From NCBI RefSeq assembly GCF_910592395.1, contig NC_088308.1, positions 2,046,001 through 2,110,000 on the forward strand: DNA of 64,000 nt. Direction: 5' to 3'. The position numbers were made by a program, and so were the translations under genes. Shown here in pieces: positions 42,727 through 55,040 of this stretch. The DNA comes from Lineus longissimus. Taxonomy: Eukaryota. Under the pieces are notes generated by a model, which did no database searches, had not been told where the DNA came from, and was given only the letters and a program-made list of their open reading frames with translations. Positions within the stretch are counted from its first letter, which is position 1. Every line of letters begins with the position of its first letter.

Positions 42727-43580
42727 CCATGTCTTTATAGATTTGCAGCGAATGGAACTTTCTTCTTGGCTTCACAACAAACGGCCAACTCATCTCCGCT
42801 TGGTTGGGTGATATAAAAGCTATTAGAAAATAATTTCATCGAAATGGAAAGGAGATGAAGCCATTTCCGACACACTGAATTGCGACATTGCGTGACGAAT
42901 CTTTGGTGGAACCCGGATGAAAACAAGATCACGCCATTACGAATGTTTGGAATCAACTTTCATGTTTGGCGACACACGCCGCATGTAGTTCACTTTTCTT
43001 TTCTGTATAAGGCTATATGTTTTTCAAAACTGGCGCAATTACCCTAAGAGAGATGGAGTATGCGGTTGCTGTGACAGGCACAACATTGTCAGCAAAACAG
43101 CTAATTCTTGCCAAACAGCATTTCCCACTTTGGTGATTCACGTGACAGACTAAGCATTGTAAGTCGTTGCACTTTGTCCCGTTTTATTGGAACACAATGG
43201 GGCTGGGCCATGTTTATTATATGGTAACAGGGGCTTTAGGTCCTTACCACACCCCTATTGCGAAAATAAGCACAGCCTGGTTTCATTGTGTTTCGATCCA
43301 GCAGAACCAGGTGGAACAAATAAAGTGCCGAGCCTCGGTGAGAAATCGGCAAGCTGTTGAAGGAGGACGCCTTTGTGTGTTATTCCATTGAACATAACAT
43401 GGATAAGAGGTTAAGAAATGCCAATACAATCACCAAAGTCTTTCCAGATGCTAAATCGAATAACAAAGCAAAGATATTGGGACATGTGTCAGCTATTTTG
43501 AAGGAAAATCATTGTCCTAAACTTTGTCGCGTTCGATTGTGACAGTTCTGTTCTTATTCTCGACAATGAGTGTTTTTGTG

Positions 43581-43759
43581 CCGGTGTAATGTTTTTGAGT
43601 GTTTCTATTTTTGAGTGTTTCCCCTCATTGTTTGGGAACGCTAAAAGATAGATTGACAAGTTTTTCTGTGTTTCCCCCTATTGAAAAGTCATGGTCTCTC
43701 TAGCTGCCTATTGTTTGGAAACACTGACACATGGGAAACAACCACAGATGTTACACCGG
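43581..43759. mobile_element. Small MITE-like element with CCGGTGTAA...TTACACCGG termini
   Basis: Inverted 9-bp termini, internal GTGTTTC repeats mirrored by GAAACAC. The termini match the element at 54201-54371. Confidence 0.55.
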
Positions 43760-46700
43760 ATATAAAATGGAGAGGAAATCTTCCTAGGATTGCGCAATAT
43801 GATTAAATTTTTGGTCTTTTTTAACCTCAATTATATTGCACAATGCTTCCAATCTTTACGAGGGCTATAACAAGTACATGTAGTGCAATACATTCATGCT
43901 AGACATTGTCTTGTCAGTACCCAAAAGTGTTGCTCAGGATTATTTTTAGATATGTTCTTGACTCACAAGATGCCAAAACCGTACGCGTGATGGCAAAAAG
44001 AAAGAAAAGAATATGACTAATTGTTCTTTCTACGCATTTGTTAAAGAAAATTGCCATCAAGTTTGAGAAATAGTGTTGTTAAGAGCAGATGACTTGATTG
44101 GAATGCTGTCTTCCCCAATGCATGCGCATTGTTTTGGAATCCGAAACGCCAGGTATCATTGCCGAGAGTGTATGTTCAGCTAAACGTGACGTAGTCTTGC
44201 TATTGTTAGCCATGATCCTGTAAACCATTGAGGAGAAGGTGCCAACTAACATTGCTGCTGCTCTGGTAAACCATGTTTATGTTGAAAGGGTACGCCGTTC
44301 GTGATAACTGGTTGTCAATGCAGGAAAATAGAAATGCATAAATAGCTATACATAATGCCGTAGTGCAGTTATTATGCATACGAATTTGGTGAAACTTGGT
44401 ACATATAGTATTTGTAGATCTGTCTTCACAACGGCAAGGCGGAAATTTATATCTTATCCGTGTTTACGCAACTGAAAATGTTCAAAATTCAAATTTGTAA
44501 TGAATGGCGTATGCCTTTAACATGCAAGGTGATGTGCTTGTGGATGCCAACAGATCGTGAAATGTCAACAGAAACTAAGTTCACAGCGGAATCACGTTGG
44601 GAAAAAATATTTTAATTTCAATTTCATAACACGTGACATTACTCAAAGGCAAAATCTATTTCATTTTTCATTTCGGAATGATTTTGATGTTTGCAAAATG
44701 AAGACTATCTCGCTGGTACATGTATCACTGACTACAAGGATGGCAGCGATTATAATCGCAGGTTGCAGCACGGATGTATCCGTGGTCGCAGCGATTAAAT
44801 CGCTTGTTTGCACGGCGGGCTCAAATACATGTAGAACTATACCGGTTCTATACCGTAGGTTTGCGCTGTTATTCAAAATTTCGTGGGTGTCCATTGTTGT
44901 TCAAATAAATACAAGCTAATAGCTAAAACGTTTCAACTTAAGAAGTTGAGAGCGATTATTTAACAAAATGATTTATATTACCTAAAAGAACTTCAAAATA
45001 AACAGGTAATCACTAGGGACTACATCATAATTTTCAATACTAGCGCTGCCTACTCAATTCTGCTGAACAATTTCAACAAACACAGCACTTAGTTTTTCAT
45101 TGCGTTACCTGTTATGAAATACGTGGGCCTTTTGTTCTGTGTTTCTGCAAGAAAACTTCATAAATGTAGTAGGTGAGCTTCAAAGGACCGACAAAAAGTA
45201 GGAAAATAGCATCTGACTGTTTTGACTAAGTACGTTTTATCGTCAAGTACGCTTTAGTGTGTCAAAATGTAATTTCATGGATCGAGATTTGAACATGGTT
45301 AGTGTTTTAAACAAACCAAAATTACATAATTTTCGATCATGAATACATGTATGACCTCTAATCAAATCGTTTCTCATCCGAACAGCCCGTATCAGCTATG
45401 ATTACTCTCCACGAATGATCGCTTTTATGATAAATGTCGTCAGCTTATATACTTTAATTCTTTTCATCACCTCATTTCGGAGGAAAAGATCTGCTGTTAC
45501 GTATTCCTCTCAAGTTAACTCCCTTAAAAGTGGAAATCCCCAAGGTGATTAAGAATATATATTACAGGACCAAGTTTCAAAAAATAACCTTTCTGTTGTA
45601 CTTGCACGCGATCCAGCAATTCTAAAGCAATCAAGAGGTTAAAACTGAACACTGAACTTTGTTGGTGTTGTTTGATGGCATTGAAGACATGTCTAGTCGC
45701 TTTTGGCGCATTTAACGACTCTTTGACGAGTTCAAGCCAGAACCGTCGTTGGTTAAAAGCCAATGAGGGCATAAACTGTCTGTGGAGCAGCAGCAGCTGT
45801 TGGGTTGAGTTCTACGACCAACTCAGCGAATAAAAAAAACCTATTTGAGTCGTTCCAAGGTTTAATTAAAAAACAGGCACATTCTAAAACGCATTCCCAT
45901 CTTCGATTTAGTACTTTGCTTTTACTCCGAAATCTCAGCCCGGTATAAATAAGAGGCATAACCTAAATCACTCACAACAGTAAAACCATGTATTTACGAC
46001 ACGCAAATGACTTGAAGAGCTTCTTTTCATTTAAAGACAGAATTTGTAGTTTTTATCTGACTCTTAATAAAAGTACAACTTTCCCAGGCTCTAAAGTCAA
46101 CTTTTTAAGAGAAATTGGCAATTCTCATGGGCGCACGTTCTCACGGCCTAGCACGGCCTGTTACTCACGATTTCACCGAAAAACTACTTAAATTTTAGAT
46201 GGTACCAACATGAGGGATGATTCTATCCATGATTACCTATAATGCTAAAACACATTGGTAAACAACCGCTTAGCTTGGTACAAAATATGGAAGCGGTCCA
46301 AAGCAGTTAAAATCACCTTTTCACATTGAGTTTTAGGCGGGTGTTTTAGATTAGAAAAGATAGTTCGCTGTTAGGATTTGTTTCTTAGAAAACACCGCTC
46401 GGGTAGTTCGCCAAAGACCTCGGCAAAGTGGCTCTGGTCTTGGTCTGAATGTTAGCACACTGTTGTGTCTCGTGAGACAACCAATGCCCCCAGTTTTGTA
46501 TCAAGTCCTCAATATTAGAAATGTATAAGTGAGCTTTAATAATAAAATGGAATGAATTATTCCGACTGCGCTCACACGGTTCAGACTGAAAGAATACACC
46601 TGTCTGGCATTGCGGGATATGCGTAAAACATAAGGTTAGGAAGAGCATTCAACCCCAAGTAATGCTGAGCTTGCCGTCTGTGTTGGTGTTCCGCCGTTCT

Positions 46701-47426
46701 TAAAGGGGAACCATAGGCAGGAGCTTGGGGGTCACATTGTAGCGTATGAGTGCCAGGAATAACGCTAAGTAACGTAAACATTCCTTATCGAAAGGGATCA
46801 AAGAAATATCATCATCATCGTTTGGCCTAAGAGGTTGAAAATACATTTACCGATTGTCTTTCTTGTGATGATGCTGACAGCCTTAACCAGCAATGTCTTT
46901 AGTCAGTTTTCCAACCTTCTCACAAGACTGTCTGACGTCGCAGGTACATTTATAAAACGCCATTTATATGACAATTCGGCCCATGTTTTTAATGCTTTGA
47001 GATAGATATAGCCTACTGATGCAGAATGCGATTCGCCAATGATATTGTCTTACAGATCAATAATGGATCGATGGTCGTTTCATTACAATAATAGCAATTC
47101 AATCACTCACGTTAAACTGGTTTATGGGGTTTTAGAACGAAGTGAGTGCTTTTAGTTTAAACCCTGAAATATGGACAAATGTTAAAACACTACAGTGTAC
47201 TTTCTATGTGATGGATTCAGATGGATATTGTGGAGGCTGTACATAGACCCATTGTCATTCACTCCTTGAGCACCGCAGGTAGAGGTTCTCATAGTGCACC
47301 AAGGGGAATATAGACAAGGCCGAAGGGGGCGACCGTATCACGTCTTCTAGCGAAGGCATACATAGGCATAAAGGGGAAACTCTCACGCTGTATATACATA
47401 CTAGAAGCAATTGTAAATCAACTTAC

Positions 47427-47835
47427 CTTCCAAGTTATCACAGTCTCTGAAAAGATTCCCATATTGCTCAAATAAAACCACTAAATCGATGACTTCCTTC
47501 AAGCGTACCTCCGTACTGGTATTAGTAGTCACTATTCGAGGCTGGAAGAACCTCCTAATATAAGCCGGCGGCTGATAGTCACTGTTATTCCCAATGTACT
47601 TGCCAACATTTGCAACTTTCGCGTGATCATCGTGAAGGTAATAGATACTAATGTACGAACTCGTGTCAATTGGATCGTGGATTTTCGTCAGGTTTGACTT
47701 TTTCAACTTTGGGAGGATTTCTTGAATGTTGAAACTCCTGTATTCCCAGTAGTCTGTAGCTATCGCGACGATTTGGAGGACAACAAGATTTCCTACGAGG
47801 ATAATCACGCTATATTGGCATATTCTATCAATCAT
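47427..47835 (-). CDS. First coding exon of a claudin/PMP22/EMP-superfamily-like membrane protein (partial gene)
   Basis: ATG preceded by an in-frame TAG; N-terminal hydrophobic helix SVIILVGNLVVLQIVAIA followed by TDYW; long loop ending YGNLFRDC (like the GLW-x-x-C signature); strong donor G|GTAAGT at 47426 (409 nt, phase 1). Downstream exons not located. Confidence 0.75.
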
Positions 47836-49486
47836 TGTGCACTAGGACTTGGGGCTCCTGTCTTTCACCACTCATCTTCAGCAATTATTACCGCATCCGT
47901 TGGAGCACTTAGTCTTTCTAAGTTGATTTGACACAAAACGAAAAACTAAGTCCTGTTAAGCACTCAAATCATGAAATGCCGGTTCATCTAGCACCTGTCG
48001 ACTGGCCCAATCCACACCAGTTTGGGAAAAATTGAAACTTTTACAAACTGTAATAGATATTCTTGGAACGAAAACTGGAGCAATGTGTGGAGGTCCTGCA
48101 TGTATGTCTTGTCCTAGAAGCTAATCTTTCCTAACGTACGTCGCCACCTCGAGGACGTTCACCCAGCGGTCATAAGTCAGTTCGGTTACAAAGTTCGCCG
48201 GCCTGTGAATATTTAGTTAATTCTCGATAATCCACTAACGATAAAGGAGATAACACGTCCTGCCTACTCAATGTATTTCGTCCGCAGCAATCGTTAAAGC
48301 TAGATCGTATGTTGAATTATCCTCTAAAAAGCAATACAGTTATCCTTTATTAAAAAGTCAGATGCATTCCTTTACGTACTATCTAAGCTTGGAACGCTTC
48401 CCCTGTTGTTGAAGCACATCTTTCTCTGAGCAGACGACGCTGCAGACGATAGCGAGATACGGTGATCAGGCGCCCAGACTGTGACGTGGTTGCACGTTTC
48501 TCCTGCTTGGTTTCTCCGCCACAAGGCAACGAGCTAAAGGCTATCGCGATCAATGCGCGGGCGGCAGTTCGCGAGCTGCCTATCACGAAATCAGTTCGTC
48601 AATCACTGCTCCAATCAGCCAAACTCATTGAACTTGTTGAAACATAGCTCCGTGCTGGTTTGTTATTATTTTGTTTCATTTGCCAATTACAGCAGTGATA
48701 ACTAGCTATTCCTTCTCTATCGTCCAGGTACAGATATTTGTATTGGAAGCAGCGGGTTGTTGGTATTAAGCAAGAGAAGACCCGCTGCTCAAACAAACAT
48801 TTCCCGTTTCATTTACTGTTTTTCAATCGTCCATTAACTATTCCATTTAAAAAGGATTCCTTTCATTATAATCCATCAAACGGGATGCATGGTACCAGCA
48901 GCAAGAAGACAAATCTTAAGTTGGATGTGTTCCGTCCTATTGGCTCACTGGATCAAAACTGAAAATATAGATGCGGATGTTTTTCTTTCTTTCTAAAACA
49001 CGTAAGAATGTTGCATGTACCCTACTGATAAGCTACTTTTTGGGTGTAGAATGTTAAGGGGAATCCTTTCGTAACAGTCCGACGGACTTCCAACGCCCTA
49101 GGAACGACCTCGATGATTTCAAAGCAATGTCAAGTCCATCTTTCAGCGTTCCCAAAGACTTATACCGCATATGCAGGTATTGCATGTATCTCCAGCTTGG
49201 TTGCAATGACTTTCTCATCTGTTTGGTGCCAAGCCCAACACCCCGAATGCAGTTCCTGCACCTGCGTGGATCGATATACGCCTTAAACCTACATGTATGC
49301 ATAATCAATCCACTCAATCTACTAGGAATACAATCATATACGTCATCTAACAATAGCTAGTCGGCAGCTGCTGCAAGAAGCAATGCACGTGGGATGGATA
49401 TGGGATCTATTCCAGAATCAACTGGTGCTTGTTGTCGCTTGTATTGTCAATGCTTGATTTATTGTTCAGTTGATCAGCAACACAGA

Positions 49487-49566
49487 GCGACAAAAATCCA
49501 GTGGATTCCGGGAAGACTAATGGCCGCGACAAAAATCCAGTGGATTCCGGGAAGACTAATGGCCGC
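49487..49566. repeat. Perfect 39-bp tandem duplication
   Basis: GCGACAAAAATCCAGTGGATTCCGGGAAGACTAATGGCC x2. Confidence 0.92.
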
Positions 49567-50524
49567 CGAAAACAACATGGCGTGGTTGTCGCCAGACAAG
49601 AGCTCGTGATATTGGACAGGTATCAAACCATGTTATCATAGCGTGTACCTTCAATCGAATTCAAACTTTTTTTCACCGCGTAAAAATGCTATTTAGTAGG
49701 AGAAAAGTACCTAAAGCTTTCACTTCCCACTGCATCGGAGCTTGTGAAAAGAGCCGATCAAAGGAATTAAACCGGATCCTCTTGAACACAGAGTACGCCC
49801 GCAGTTCAGAGTTGAGGGGTTATACAGAATGATTTCCGAATGGATACGTATCTGTGTTCGGCGAGTTCAGTCGATGCTAAAAACCACCAACTTCATATTT
49901 ACCTTGAGAGTTCTGAACCAAAGCGTTGCCAGTCTGCGTTTCATACACACAAATAATCACATGTATCTCCTTAAATAATTGTAAAATGCCCCAATGATCA
50001 AAATGTGAAATTAGGCCTGTGCAAAAAAAGTAAGCTCCACTGTTATACCGATACAAACTTTCCAAATTTTCGAATCCGCCCGGTCAAAGCAGGGTCAGCA
50101 ACATTCGCAAAGAAGCCATCATATATTCGAAGCGTGTGACGACGACATCAAACCACTCACTGGCCATTAATACTAAACGAAGCCAATAGTAAGCCAATCT
50201 GTTGCTGAACAATTGATTATGGCTTATAATACACAGCCGCTATAATAGACTTAGCGGTTACTTATTCATGATATACTGTATAATGTACGTATTGACTGGC
50301 ATGGCTTCGTTATGGCGGGAGAGGGCTTAAAGGATCAGCCCATAACCAGGGATATATAACTGTTATGGCTCTGACAAATTTGATAGGTCGACAATGCCTT
50401 TAAGCCGACACGTTCGTGTTTGATGTGAATCTGTCAATCAGAATAGAAGTTTCAAATCAAATCAAATTCAATTAAGAAAAAGTTTGATTGTAGCTCGCCT
50501 GATTTATATATGCTAAAACAGATG

Positions 50525-50768
50525 CACTCTTAAAATAAATCACCAGAAATAACTATTGCACAGTAATATATTACTACTCTGGTAGTTGCTCTTGCATCGA
50601 CTGTGAAATTAGTTGTTCTAACTATCGAAATAGTAATTCTTAACCATTTTCATTGGTTATTTTGTACTACTAGTTGGTTAATTTCACTATTATTTTTACT
50701 AATTCCACAGTAGTTGATGCAATAGCAACTGCTAGATTGATTGTTTTTGCCAATAGATTTGAGGAGTG
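50525..50768. mobile_element. Degenerate MITE-like foldback with CACTC...GAGTG termini
   Basis: Termini CACTCTTAAAA / TTTGAGGAGTG. Internal inverted pair TCTGGTAGTTGCTCTTGCATCGACTGTGAAATT versus AATTCCACAGTAGTTGATGCAATAGCAACTGCTAGA. Confidence 0.55.
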
Positions 50769-52411
50769 TACTCCACTTTGCAGTGATCTCTATCACTGGC
50801 TTGTACAGAATCTCTGGGATGCATTTGCAGGTCCCATGGCCATCTTTCTTAAGGTCTTAATCAAAAGAGGGTTAGGACCACTGGCCATATGATTGATGAG
50901 CATGGCCGCAGTCTTTCGATTGGCCACGACGGGCCAATAACACTATCAAGCGTACGGTTATTCTATTCCCTGCGCCACTTTCTGTCACATATGAGATTGA
51001 TTGGAATCCGCATGTAAATTGATCATCGTATTCATAGAAAGACTATCAAACCTCCTGCGGTCTACCAAGTGGCTACTAGAACCAGTCGTATGGTCGTTGA
51101 AGGAATGGGGAAGGAAGCCATTGTTACCTTTGATTACACCAGAGTCTTGTTGAAAGACTTTGATTATATGTCTTTCTAATAGCCAAGGAATAACCGTCTT
51201 TCGAGATTAAATATTTGTGGCAGGTAGTTTTTTAGAATCGTTCGTACCCTATGCATACTCCCAGCCAGGCACCAGAGGAATGGCGGACGAAGATGCAAGT
51301 TACAAATACATGTTGCTGATGATTTCGATACTTTCGTCCTACCTGAATGGCCTTTGATGCCGATTCTCAGCAAAGGGCGAGGTAAATAATAGGTCGATTG
51401 ATAATGTGTGCACGCCTCCGCCTATAATCATTGGCAAACAGCCTGAAACACGTTTAAGTGGCGCCCTGATTGCAAATGCTCGTAAATATCGACTACTTTG
51501 CTGGAAATGGTGGCATTGTAACATTATCTCTGAGGTTTAAAGATACCGCCGCCATGGCATGCAAACAGAATGCTGAAATCAATCGATGTGATTTTGACGC
51601 CATTGGCTCCGACGGCCGAAGAAAGAACTGTTTGATTCGCTTGTTCATGTACATGTAGATGATGAATCGAGTTGGTGAAAAACACCAATGCACCGCATTT
51701 TGGTCTGGCCCTAGAAATGGAGCGCCGTTCTAAAGAACTTTATAGAAACCCTTTTGTATTGTGTAGCAAATTAACGGTATCGTTGAAATTCACACGCAAC
51801 AGTTTTCAAGGTATGTATCGCCATCTGCTCGAAGTTAACGTCAAAAGAATTGCCTTTCAACATGTCTTTCTTTCAAGAGAGTCCACAGCATGTCGGCCAA
51901 TAACTGCTGATGAAGTCAGTCCGCATGTCGCGCCTGTATTGCCGTTCTTCGACACACCTTGTTCTCTGGAGCGGTCAACAACCACGCCCTATGCATTTGC
52001 GTACTTTAAGATGCTCACCTGAGACAAAGGTAATAGCAAGGAAATCATCGTCTAAAGAAGCAGCATGCGTCCATGTTAACCTTGATTCTGCTAAAAGCTA
52101 CCCGTAGGTGAATGCTTCTACATAAAATACACATGGCCATTCGCAAAAGGCCTAACCACAACAACACTTTCATCACCAACACCAACTCTTCCATCAGCAT
52201 GTTGTAGTGCTACATCAAGGTCCATATCAGAGATATCACATCGAATACAAAAATAGTAATCATCGTTTTTAACTCTGGACCAAAATGGATATACCATGAG
52301 TCTTTAAAATAATTAACATGAAAGGTGACACGACCATTAGAAATAGCCAAGTAGGAAACTATGGTAACCACTGACAAAGATATTTCTGTCCAGTAATGTA
52401 CGAAAGCTGCA

Positions 52412-52728
52412 ATGGCGAACACCAGCATACTCGTTTATGAAACTACCGCTGCCGAAAAGGAGCCTGACTACCAACTTATGCAAGATGTGTACAATTTCCT
52501 GTACAAGTATGTCCTGGTCATCGTGGCCATTGTTGGGATCCCTGGAAACTTTGTCACGATGCTGGTGAATCTAAGAGCGCACAATCGTAAACTGTCTGTC
52601 TGTGTGTACATGACTGCAACGGCCATTGCAGATAACGTGGTATTGGTAGCTGCCGTATCGTATCTTGTATGCGTCACGTGGGGCTTTGGGTCGGCCATCC
52701 AAGGGAGTTTTCGGGAGGTCTTCTTTCA
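52412..52728 (+). CDS. Rhodopsin-class (class A) peptide-receptor-like GPCR, coding exon 1 (N-terminus, TM1-TM2)
   Basis: ATG downstream of an in-frame TAA; N-glycosylation sequon NTS; TM1 GIPGN; TM2 TAIADN; donor CA|GTAAGT (phase 2). Splices in frame to exons 2 and 3, giving 1023 nt / 340 aa. Confidence 0.92.
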
Positions 52729-52778
52729 GTAAGTATACATGTATGTACGTATTCACGATTCGGGGGAGAAGAGTACCC

Positions 52779-52908
52779 AGGCAGTTTTCGCAAAGCCCCC
52801 CAAACGCCAACGTGAACGCCTGTCCCATTGCTCGACCTGCTGATAACGATGTCGAAAAATGGGATAGGCGTTCACGTGGACGTTTGGGGGGCTTTGCGAA
52901 AACTCCCT
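52779..52908. mobile_element. Palindromic MITE in GPCR intron 1 (copy A)
   Basis: AGGCAGTTTTCGCAAAGCCCCCCAAACG...GTGAACGCCTGTCCCATT pairs with AATGGGATAGGCGTTCACG...CGTTTGGGGGGCTTTGCGAAAACTCCCT. Confidence 0.85.
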
Positions 52909-53039
52909 ACGGCGTAACCAGAGAGTGGAGTTTCACGGAAATAGTTCGATCTAGCTGTGCCAACGCTTGGCCGAATGTACAGCATTTTACCACATATTTT
53001 TGATTTTCACCGGTGATATCTCGCTTAATCTTACCTAGT

Positions 53040-53162
53040 AGGGAGTTTCTGCAAAGCCCCCCGAAACGCGAACGCCTATCCCATTGTTCGACCCACTGAG
53101 CACGTTGCCGAACGATGGGATAGGGCCGGCGTTGGCGTTTCCGGGATTAGCGAAAACTCTCT
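53040..53162. mobile_element. Palindromic MITE in GPCR intron 1 (copy B, diverged)
   Basis: AGGGAGTTTCTGCAAAGCCCCCCGAAACG...CCTATCCCATTG / GATGGGATAGG...GCGAAAACTCTCT; homologous to copy A. Confidence 0.75.
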
Positions 53163-53929
53163 CTTGTCGACCGGTGTTTCACCAATTGACAGAGAAAACA
53201 CGGCTTGCCGTTTGGTGGTCCTTGCCTGTCTGCTTATCCTTCGCCTCCCAAACCCTCACAATCGTTTTCGAACGTTTCACCGTTTTGACTGGGCAGGAGG
53301 CTCTTGTCTGATCATAGAACTCGACGATGACAAAGCATGGGACGAAATAATGCCATATGTTTCATCATCTTCGCGTTTTGTTACATCAGATATCGGATGA
53401 AATGAACATCGAGTAATATAAACAGGTGCGTATATTGAGCACTCGTTCGAACAAGTGCTCTTTCAAAGTATGCGCGCCTGTCTATCACGCATGATATTCG
53501 ATCGAGCTCGGCGAATGATTCTCGGCCTTTTTGGAGAGTGTCAGCAGCGCTTGATGGAAACCCCATAGGGTAATTATTCCCAGTAAAATATGCGACGAGA
53601 AGTTTGTAGGAGTGCAATAGAGTTGCTGAAGGGTACAGCTCCAGCTGGACGCAGGGTCTAAAATTGGGGTTCAGATCGAGGAAGGTGAAATAAAAGGTCT
53701 CTGTTCTTGGTAACAAGAATTAGCTTTAACAGATGTAGCTTGAAGGGGAGGTCGATCACTGTAAGTTTGGTTTTATCATACGTTGTTCGGCCTTTCCATT
53801 CTATGCAACTTCGTTTGACCATAAGTTGGCTAGAATGTAAGGACGAAACGTGATAAACTCACCGTAAACAACCTAGTTATTCTCTCCGGCTTCTACACTA
53901 GTTTCTTATAGTATTGCTAATATTTTAAG

Positions 53930-54150
53930 ATTGGAGTGGTACCTCGCCTTCTGTCCAGCGATGCTCTCGGGACTTTTCCTAGCAGAGATGTCAGTGGATA
54001 GATTGATAGCTGTTGCATTTCCCATGGCGGCAACCAGGCTCTGTACCAATAAACGCGCTTATATAACAGTGGGCGTGACCACAGCCATCATAGCACCCCT
54101 CAACATCAACATCTTCTATACGTATCAACATTACGAAGATAAAGACACAG
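53930..54150 (+). CDS. Rhodopsin-class GPCR, coding exon 2 (TM3-TM4)
   Basis: Acceptor TATTTTAAG|; LEWYLAFCPAMLSGLFLAEMSVDRLIAVAFP (DRY-equivalent DRL); donor ACAG|GTAGGT (phase 1). Confidence 0.93.
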
Positions 54151-54200
54151 GTAGGTGTATCACATCGATGATTGCGATGAAGTTCCGTTCCTGCTGGAAG

Positions 54201-54371
54201 CCGGTGTAGAAGTTTAAAATGTCCTAGGTTAAAATGTCCGGGAACAAAGGATTCTATTATGCGCTTCAATCTCTGAGCTATTGACGGTCAGGGTCTCTAT
54301 AGAACCATATTGCAGAATACAATAGGGCCGGACACTTTTTCCAGGGGGGACACTTTTTACTTTTACACCGG
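54201..54371. mobile_element. MITE in GPCR intron 2 with CCGGTGTA termini
   Basis: TIR CCGGTGTAGAAGT / ACTTTTACACCGG; duplicated subterminal AAAATGTCC mirrored by duplicated GGACACTTTT. Confidence 0.75.
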
Positions 54372-54555
54372 TTTAGTATTGATTTGAGCTTCAGGTCCTT
54401 CTTCACAGCGTTAATATCCGGTGTAAAGGTAAGAAATCATAAAAGGGAGACATCGGCATAAAAACTTCATCTTCTATGACTTAGATTTACCTTCTACTTG
54501 AAGATACGGCCTTGCATTGAAAAGGTAAAATATCTCTCTTTCATGTGCCTTTTAG

Positions 54556-55040
54556 GTCTAGAAACACTCATCACCGATTTCGAAAACCAGGACATCGAAA
54601 TGCTAGTCTCTGCGTTCCAGCTGTTCTTTGGAACAGCTTGTCCCTTTGCTGTCATCATAATGTCAAATATCGTCATCATATTCAAACTGAAAAAGGCTTC
54701 AGAAGAACGCTCCGAGATGCAGGGAGGGGCGGGCAACACAGAGAAGACGAACTACTTGACCAGAATGCTCCTGTTCGTCAGTTTCGCCTACGTCGTTACC
54801 TCGATTCCTTACCGCTTATACTTCTTCATCATGGACACTCCAGTTCTGACAAAGATGTATGTTATGACAGAGAGGTATTGGAGCTTGCGTTATAATCTAC
54901 AATACGTGTTTTTTTTAACATTGTGGTATTGTAACTTCGCCATCAACTTTCCACTTTACTGCATTGGAGGCGGTCACCGGTTCCGAAATGATACCAAATA
55001 CATCCTACGCTATTGTGATGTGAGAAGGGTGAAGCATTAA
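54556..55040 (+). CDS. Rhodopsin-class GPCR, coding exon 3 (TM5-TM7, C-tail)
   Basis: Acceptor CCTTTTAG|; TM5 GTACPFAVIIMSNIVII; TM6 TRMLLFVSFAYVVTSIP; TM7 NFAINFPLY; helix 8 RFRND; stop TAA. AATAAA signals follow at about 55222-55312. The motif pattern resembles invertebrate FMRFamide/sex-peptide-receptor-like orphan receptors. Confidence 0.93.

Noticed and set aside
40930..42793. ORFs of 132-177 aa rich in Arg or Phe/Leu/Ser
   Set aside because: They are translations of the low-complexity arms of the foldback element.
54545..54895. Alternative-frame and antisense ORFs over GPCR exon 3
   Set aside because: Shadow frames of the real coding exon; the same applies to 52468-52698, 61995-62288 and 62402-62662.
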